DNA from: Octopus sinensis
Lineage: Eukaryota
Direction: 5' to 3'
DNA: 14,996 nucleotides
NCBI RefSeq assembly: GCF_006345805.1
Contig: NW_021825613.1
Coordinates: 1-14,996, forward strand
Below the pieces are notes generated by a model, which was not told the DNA's origin, made no database searches, and saw only the letters and a program-made list of their open reading frames with translations. The stretch's first letter is position 1, and every line of letters starts with the position of its first letter. Positions 8,870-14,996 of this stretch are shown here, piece by piece. Position numbers and translations under genes: made by a program.

Positions 8870-9560
8870 ATGAATCCCAAGAGAGAAACATACTGACCTT
8901 TACACCTACCTACATTCTTTTGTGAACTTCAAAGCACATCATAAACAATTTTCTGTAATAACAACACGAGGACATGCCCCACTAATAACCCCCACCTTCC
9001 AAATAAAAACAGGAAATACCCTAAATATCAACAAAAATAAAGAAAGAAACTGACCAGCTAAAATATACCACCCACTTACATTCTTCTGTGAACGTATTAA
9101 AACTTCATTAAAAAATTTGACACACCCAATGACTAAGTTTTTAAATACTGGACTAAACTTTGAACATTCGACCTCTACATTGTCAAAGCAAAAGATTAAA
9201 TCTAATAAAACCAAAAAGAACAAAAGCTACTATCTTATAGTACCTAAATATTCACACCTACTTACTAAGTTGTACATATATGAATAAATTCTAAACATAA
9301 CCCTAAATTTAATCAATAACACTTCTCCAAAACACCTCTCCATAACAACCCGTCCTAAAACTTAATTACCACTCCACTCAAACCCACATAACCAAGGTAG
9401 ATTTTAACTCAACAAAGACTATATGAAGCCGAGGTTAACTTCAATGCATCGCAATCTGACGATGACTTAACTGACCGAAACTTCTTAAACAATATTCTTG
9501 GTTAAGATTAATAAATTTGTACTGTACTAAAGTGTAGAGTAAACCATCAAACTGAACATA
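8870..9560 (+). mobile_element. Possible 3' remnant of a Penelope-like retroelement
   Basis: G-poor, A/C-rich frame 8943-9470 with only one stop in the first 114 codons. It is followed by TATATGAA (9420-9427), CTGACGA-N14-GAAAC (9456-9481) and AATAAA (9510-9515). No RT or GIY-YIG motif is recognisable. Confidence 0.38.
9433..9510 (+). ncRNA. Degenerate hammerhead-ribozyme-like motif (probably inactive if real)
   Basis: Core words CUGACGA (9456-9462) and GAAAC (9477-9481), with a G9464-C9476 closing pair after one extra U. Stems II and III pair poorly. Confidence 0.3.
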
Positions 9561-9561
9561 A

Positions 9562-9586
9562 ACACACACACACGCACACACCACAC

Positions 9587-9636
<50 letters not shown>
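9562..9636. repeat. (AC)n microsatellite, interrupted
   Basis: Directly visible. Confidence 0.97.
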
Positions 9637-9638
<2 letters not shown>

Positions 9639-9688
9639 TAAGAATCAATACATACACATGGGGCTGCCTGCTGGAGCCTAGCAGCAGG

Positions 9689-9720
9689 TATTTAAAGGAA
9701 AAAAATTTGACAAGACAGTT
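9689..9720 (+). promoter_or_regulatory. Possible Pol II core promoter (TATA-like box plus initiator-like motif)
   Basis: TATTTAAA at 9689-9696 and CAGTT at 9716-9720, 28 nt from the first T to the A. Motif spacing is the only evidence. Confidence 0.22.
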
Positions 9721-11145
9721 AGTCGCCCGCTGACACTCGTTGACGCTACATCGAAGAGGCCAGGGAACAGAAGAAAGAAGAAGAAAGAAGACATGCACCC
9801 AACACCAGAGCTGAAGACACCTCCGAAGTGGGGGGGGGGCACATCAAAACGGTAGAGGAGTAGGGCCGAAACCGGACGTGGTTCCTCCTGATGATGTCTT
9901 GAGCTAACTGGATCCTATAAAGGAGCTGTTGTGGTAGCAGACCACGAAGCACGGTTGAAATTCCTCCCCTCCCACCTCCGAACATTTCATCTTAATTCTT
10001 AACATTACAATTTGATCTAATCATATCTATATAGTACGGCGTGCTTAGAAATCTAGAGCCTTCTAAAAATTATATTAAATTGCTATTGATATTGCAGAAT
10101 AGGAAAGGAAATTGGGGTTGGGGTGGAAACTGGAGCGGTCGCATCTGGAATGCCATTATTTATATCTTGCCTCGTCAAAGCAAGCCTGGGAACAAACAAT
10201 ATTACCAACATATGTCTGAGCCAGCAACTGAGTCTCTAAGACCATAATTTTTAATCTACAAAATTTTGGATTTCAAAGAACATTTATAGATTCAAGGTGG
10301 GAAATGGTTTTTGGTTGATGAATGTTTTATTATTGTTCACGCGGTTGTTGCTAGGTTTTTAATGCTAATTTTGCGGTTGCTAATATTAAAATAAGATGAC
10401 CTGCAGGTAAAACATGGTACAGGGGAAGAATTCCAGAGGAACCACTTTCTACGGAGGAAGGATAGAGTGTGGTGATTAGTTCGAGGTCTATTGAAGATGC
10501 GATTGAAGTAGTGCCTATGTAGAAGGGACATCTTAAATATTAGTTAATTTATCAAGCTGTGGAAAATAGTTACGAGTGTTTTCTAAGAATGTTACTTCAG
10601 ACACCTTGGCGTCAGCTACGGCAGAAGATATATCTTTCAGCTGTTTAACGCCACGGGGAAAAAAACAGTTGTACATCACTCATATGTGACCTAACCGTTC
10701 TGAAACGGTTTAACTAGATTCGTTTGAAAATCATCGAGAGCAAAAGGGTGAATGGTTGAGATATGTCTTGGATTCTTGAAAGATTGGAGTGACGCATATC
10801 ACTTGTTAGAATTAGAAAGGCCGCAGTTCTATTTATCAAGCAGAAGATAGTACTCGAAAATATTTTGTATGAATGCTGAAGAAGGTTAAATGCGAAGTTA
10901 TTTCTATGTTTCGCTACTTTGCTTTTTAAAACAAAAGTTTATCGCACGTTGACACACAGAAACTAATATCTATTTTCTTGATAGATAAACATTGTAAGGT
11001 GGAGTTATATGTTATAAAGGAGGAATTGACGACTGGCCATAAAAACAAAATGTAAATTCACAATTACAGCGTATCAGCTATTTGAATAACGAACTAAAGC
11101 AGTTACTAAACGTAAAGAAAGCCCAAGTGGGGCGCACTGTGAAAT

Positions 11146-11431
11146 ATATCTGTTACAAATATCATATATTTGTAACATATATATATAAGTTACAAATATC
11201 ATATTTGATATCGTTCTGTTGCTAATCCCTGCACCAACCTATTTCAGTTGTAAATCTAGGTAGAAAATGGTTTCTGTTGTTGAACCTTGTATCAAGATAT
11301 TTCTGTTATTAATTCCCATATTAAAATTATTTCTGTTACTAATTTTTGTTTCAAACTATTTCTGTTGCTAAACTAGGTATAAAATAGTGTGTATTATTAA
11401 GTTCCGTATAAAACAATTTTGTTGGTAAATT
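11146..11431. repeat. Decayed 29-bp minisatellite, about 10 units, consensus start ATTTCTGTTRCTAA
   Basis: Unit starts at 11146, 11183, 11212, 11241, 11270, 11299, 11329, 11358, 11387 and 11416 (spacings 37, 29, 29, 29, 29, 30, 29, 29, 29). Confidence 0.78.
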
Positions 11432-12437
11432 ACATCCGATTGTTGACAACTAATCGCGCTATGAACCATAAGTATTATTACATCGTGAGAAAATATAAAC
11501 TTGCTAATTTTCCTTCGTGTTCTCTGTAATACAGCTATTCTCAAACTCCATTTCACTAATCTCGTCCTGCTCATTTCATTAACACATGGAAAAATTTATG
11601 ATCTACAGGGAATCACTCAGTTAGGAAAGCAGGTGAAGTGAGACATTGTAATTCTTAATGCTACTTAACTTCTTTATTTCTGATCGCGCAGAATTATGAA
11701 CAAAGATGTTATAAATGCGATCGTCTCATTTATATGGATATGTAAGATACAGACATGTCCATCCTTTTTTAAAGACAGTATAGCATAAATGGAGTAAGAT
11801 ATGGTTGTCATTTCTGACTGGCCGAGAGACCGCTTAAAATTCCCTCACTGCAACGCGAGATAACAAAGATTAAAGTCGAGTCAGCAGGCGTGTACATAAT
11901 CGTATAGCTTTTGAAGTTACATATACAAGAACGAAAGAAGAAACCTTCTTCCCCTCCCCACCAAGACAAAATTTACAAGACACATATAATGGCAGAATAG
12001 TCACTAAGACAATGTGTATAATATATAACATTAATTAAAAACCTATGTATAAGAGGTGTACAGAAACTACGTCAATATGATTGCCAGAACTAAAAATATT
12101 AGTAAAAAATTCTTAGATTAAAGTACCAAAAGCTTGTCTTTTCATGATATAATATTTCCTGATTTTCGACATGGAATAGTATTTCCCGCAGGCGAAAACT
12201 GAACTAAGCCTTGCACAGCAGCAAGGCCAGTACTTCATTGTAATAATGTTAGTACTCACAGTCGTGGTCAATACAACTGTAATGTGTGAATGTGTCGTAG
12301 GTACTTACAACTACCTATGTTAAATTTGGTATTTGAGAATCGTTTAAGGACTTCGCTTTAAACGAACAAATATACCATCAGTGTTATAAGATACATGCCG
12401 TTGACTTCAAGATTATCTGGTAGTCTACTGACTAGGC

Positions 12438-12854
12438 CAATGTTCCTCAACCGGGGTCCGCATTAAATTCATTAAATTCATAATGGATTTAGTTATCAAG
12501 AATTATGTGCTATAATTCTGTTATACTTCTACAATACACAAAATATTTTAATAATTTTTTTCATACAATTCCTAATAACATTTAATAATCCTTTCTACTA
12601 AAGGGACAAGTTCTGAAATTTTGATGGGAGGGGACTAATCGATTACATCGATCCCAGTGTTTCACTGTGGTACTTAATTTATCGACCTCGAAATATGAAA
12701 GGCAAAGTCGACCTCGGTGGTATTTGAAACATAGCATTTAATAAAAAAAAAAAAAATGAAATTTTTTGAGCTTCAAATGGATAAGGATGGGGCAGTAGAG
12801 AAAAATAGTAATAATTAAAGAGGTCCACAGGTAAAAAATGGTTGAGGATCACTG
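12438..12854. mobile_element. Non-autonomous hAT (Charlie-type) DNA transposon / MITE
   Basis: TIRs CAATGTTCCTCAACC (12438-12452) and GGTTGAGGATCACTG (12840-12854) match at 13/15. Subterminal GGGGTCCGC and GGTCCAC. 8-bp flanks GACTAGGC and GACTAGTT (6/8), with the central CTAG typical of Charlie targets. Confidence 0.86.
12589..12731 (-). mobile_element. 5'-truncated SINE family B (tail type 2), nested in the MITE
   Basis: Matches the B body from the B box to the tail TAGTAGAAAGGA, with no A-box head. TSD TAACATTTAATAA (12576-12588) / TAGCATTTAATAA (12732-12744), 12/13. Confidence 0.87.
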
Positions 12855-13246
12855 GACTAGTTAATCCATATTATGGCTCAAACAGATAACCTAATTTAAA
12901 AAGTGGTATAAAATAGTTGATAATCAGTGTATAATATTGAATCAGTAACTTCCTTGATTTATCCAAGTTTGCTATTCTTCAATCGGAGTGTCACACCCGA
13001 TTCTTTCCTAGCGTAATGACATCTATAGAAAGTTACGCTGTTTTTGTTATTTGTCATTTAGTAAATTGCTCTAATAATTTTCTCTCGTGGTGAATAAAAT
13101 AAAATAAAATAAAGGAATGAAAATAATTATGTTTATTAGGCAGTGGAGAGGCAGAGATGTTAAAGTATTGGGACAAAATGTAATACATTTGTTCCCCATT
13201 TACATTCTGGAATGTAATGTTGCCAGTTTCGTCTTTGACGTCTAGC

Positions 13247-13373
13247 GAGAGAGAGAGAGAGAAGATGGGGAGAGGAAAAGAGAGAGAGAGAGGAAGGGGA
13301 GGAAGAGAAAGAGGGGGCGGAGAGGGAGAAGAAGAGAGAGAGAAGCAGAGAGACAAGAACAAAAAAGAAGAGA
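13247..13373. repeat. Imperfect (GA)n polypurine tract
   Basis: Directly visible; source of the spurious ORF 13217-13414. Confidence 0.9.
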
Positions 13374-13615
13374 TTGTGTTTTATCATAATGGACATTGTG
13401 ACGATTTCGACTAGTCACTCACAATTTTCGTTGAATTGGAAGAATATTATTCACTGAAGAACGCTGAGTCCAAATTCCTGGATACTATTGTGAAGTTTGC
13501 TTGAGGAGTAACTAAAGGCACTAAATGTTATGCTACATGAAACTTTGTTGTAGTCCATTTTGATTACTTTGCATTTTGTGGAAAAGAAGCAGTATCTAAA
13601 TGCATTTTTTACTTC

Positions 13616-13618
<3 letters not shown>

Positions 13619-13655
<37 letters not shown>

Positions 13656-13822
13656 ACACACACACACACACAACACACACACACATATATATAGTGGCGC
13701 ACATTTACAAACACTCACCATTTCCCCCCAGACAGACACATACACATACACACACCTACGCACACACAGACACACACACGCACGCACACGTACACACACA
13801 CACACACACACGCACACAGACA
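13619..13822. repeat. Compound (CA)n microsatellite region
   Basis: Two (CA)-rich blocks with CACG/CAGA variants around a short spacer. Confidence 0.93.
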
Positions 13823-14010
13823 TATGTTCTAATTTAAAAGCAGAATATTAAGTTACTTAATGCATATAGTAGAATTTGTTCGTGTTTCATTTCGAAGCCT
13901 TGCCTTTTCGTCATTGCTTCTCTAAGTTTTACGTGTTCGGTCATGCTGCACGTGCGCGAATGTGTCTGTGCTTGTATATCTGTTTGTGCGGGCGTGCACA
14001 CACACACGAA

Positions 14011-14418
<408 letters not shown>

Positions 14419-14460
<42 letters not shown>

Positions 14461-14580
14461 GCATGTATGTATGTTTGTATGTATGTATATATATAGATAG
14501 ATAGATAGATAGATAGATATATAGATAGATAGATATATTATGTGTGTATGTATTCATGCATGTATGTATATATGTATATG
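14419..14580. repeat. Compound microsatellite (CT)n, (TA)n, (TATG)n and (TAGA)n
   Basis: Directly visible. Confidence 0.93.
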
Positions 14581-14996
14581 AGCTTTCACAAACCCATTCA
14601 TGCACTATATTAACCACTACACCGCTAAACCTCACTACCTCCCTACCCTGTCCAACATCAATCCTCTCCATTTTCTCTTCCCTATAAACGCTGCATTTCC
14701 TCCATTTTCTTGTTTTCCGCCATTTTTGGTTAATTGTAAATCGATATTTTCCTCCTTTGACAAGTTCCTTAATTAGTCTCTTGGTCTTGTTTCTTTTCCT
14801 TTTCCTATTTTTTATTCATCTATTTTTTAAAACTTTTATGTATCTTTATTTTTTATAGTCATTTATTTCATTCCTTCTCTTGGTTCCGTTTTCTTCATTT
14901 TTTTTCCTTTAATTTAACACTTCCTTCCTCCTTTCACTTTCATTCCTTATTCGACGGACGTCTTTCATTCATTTTTAAGGCTATAACTTTTTTCTC

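Noticed and set aside
9051-9053. In-frame TGA as selenocysteine recoding (reported for Naiad Penelope-like elements)
   Set aside because: A single TGA in a frame that also has TAA stops, with no identifiable SECIS and no secure family assignment.
8939-9440. Mitochondrial insertion (NUMT), suggested by the G-poor strand skew and an in-frame TGA
   Set aside because: Neither strand translates to a recognisable respiratory-chain protein, TAA stops occur in frame, and no mt-tRNA or rRNA pattern is visible.
9811-9900. Further hammerhead-like words (CTGAAGA 9811-9817, CGAAACCGG 9867-9875, CTGATGA 9888-9894)
   Set aside because: No permutation gives three closed stems plus a UH triplet; the first is followed by GAAG rather than GAAA.
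9932-9941. TGGTAGCAGA as an initiator-Met tRNA primer-binding site
   Set aside because: Only 10 nt match, it is not preceded by an LTR-terminal CA, and no gag-like ORF follows.
10693-10710. Perfect 7-bp hairpin AACCGTT-CTGA-AACGGTT
   Set aside because: Isolated and short enough to occur by chance; no supporting context.
10041-10900. Possible exons or retroelement fragments (ORFs 10041-10247 and 10337-10531; SIDL-like peptide on the minus strand)
   Set aside because: No recognisable domain, no motif series in the expected order, and no convincing splice structure.
11146-11431. CRISPR-like look (constant part plus variable part)
   Set aside because: The constant part is only ~14 nt and degenerate, the variable parts are related to each other, there are no cas genes, and the context is eukaryotic.
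11871-11890. AAAGTCGAGTCAGCAGG resembling the SINE B body
   Set aside because: The match is too short and does not extend on either side.

Overview
AT-rich, microsatellite-dense eukaryotic DNA with no recognisable host gene or exon. The SINE sequences and repeat landscape look like an octopus (cephalopod) genome; this is recognition from memory, not a database search. The window opens inside a decayed CR1-group non-LTR retrotransposon (APE endonuclease plus reverse transcriptase, 1-2816, many frameshifts and stops, YADD mutated to YAHD). Eight tRNA-derived SINE copies from three families follow (called A, B and C here), along with a hAT/Charlie-type MITE carrying a nested SINE, a decayed 29-bp minisatellite, a tandem duplication built around a SINE-tail remnant, and many simple repeats. 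The best-supported observation is a 37-nt 3' tail shared by the LINE and SINE family A, in which all 10 differences preserve two hairpins, pointing to a LINE/SINE partner pair. A more speculative one is a possible Penelope-like remnant ending in a TATA-like box, a degenerate hammerhead-ribozyme core and AATAAA (8870-9560). Most listed ORFs outside 401-2739 are artefacts of microsatellites, SINEs or antisense frames.
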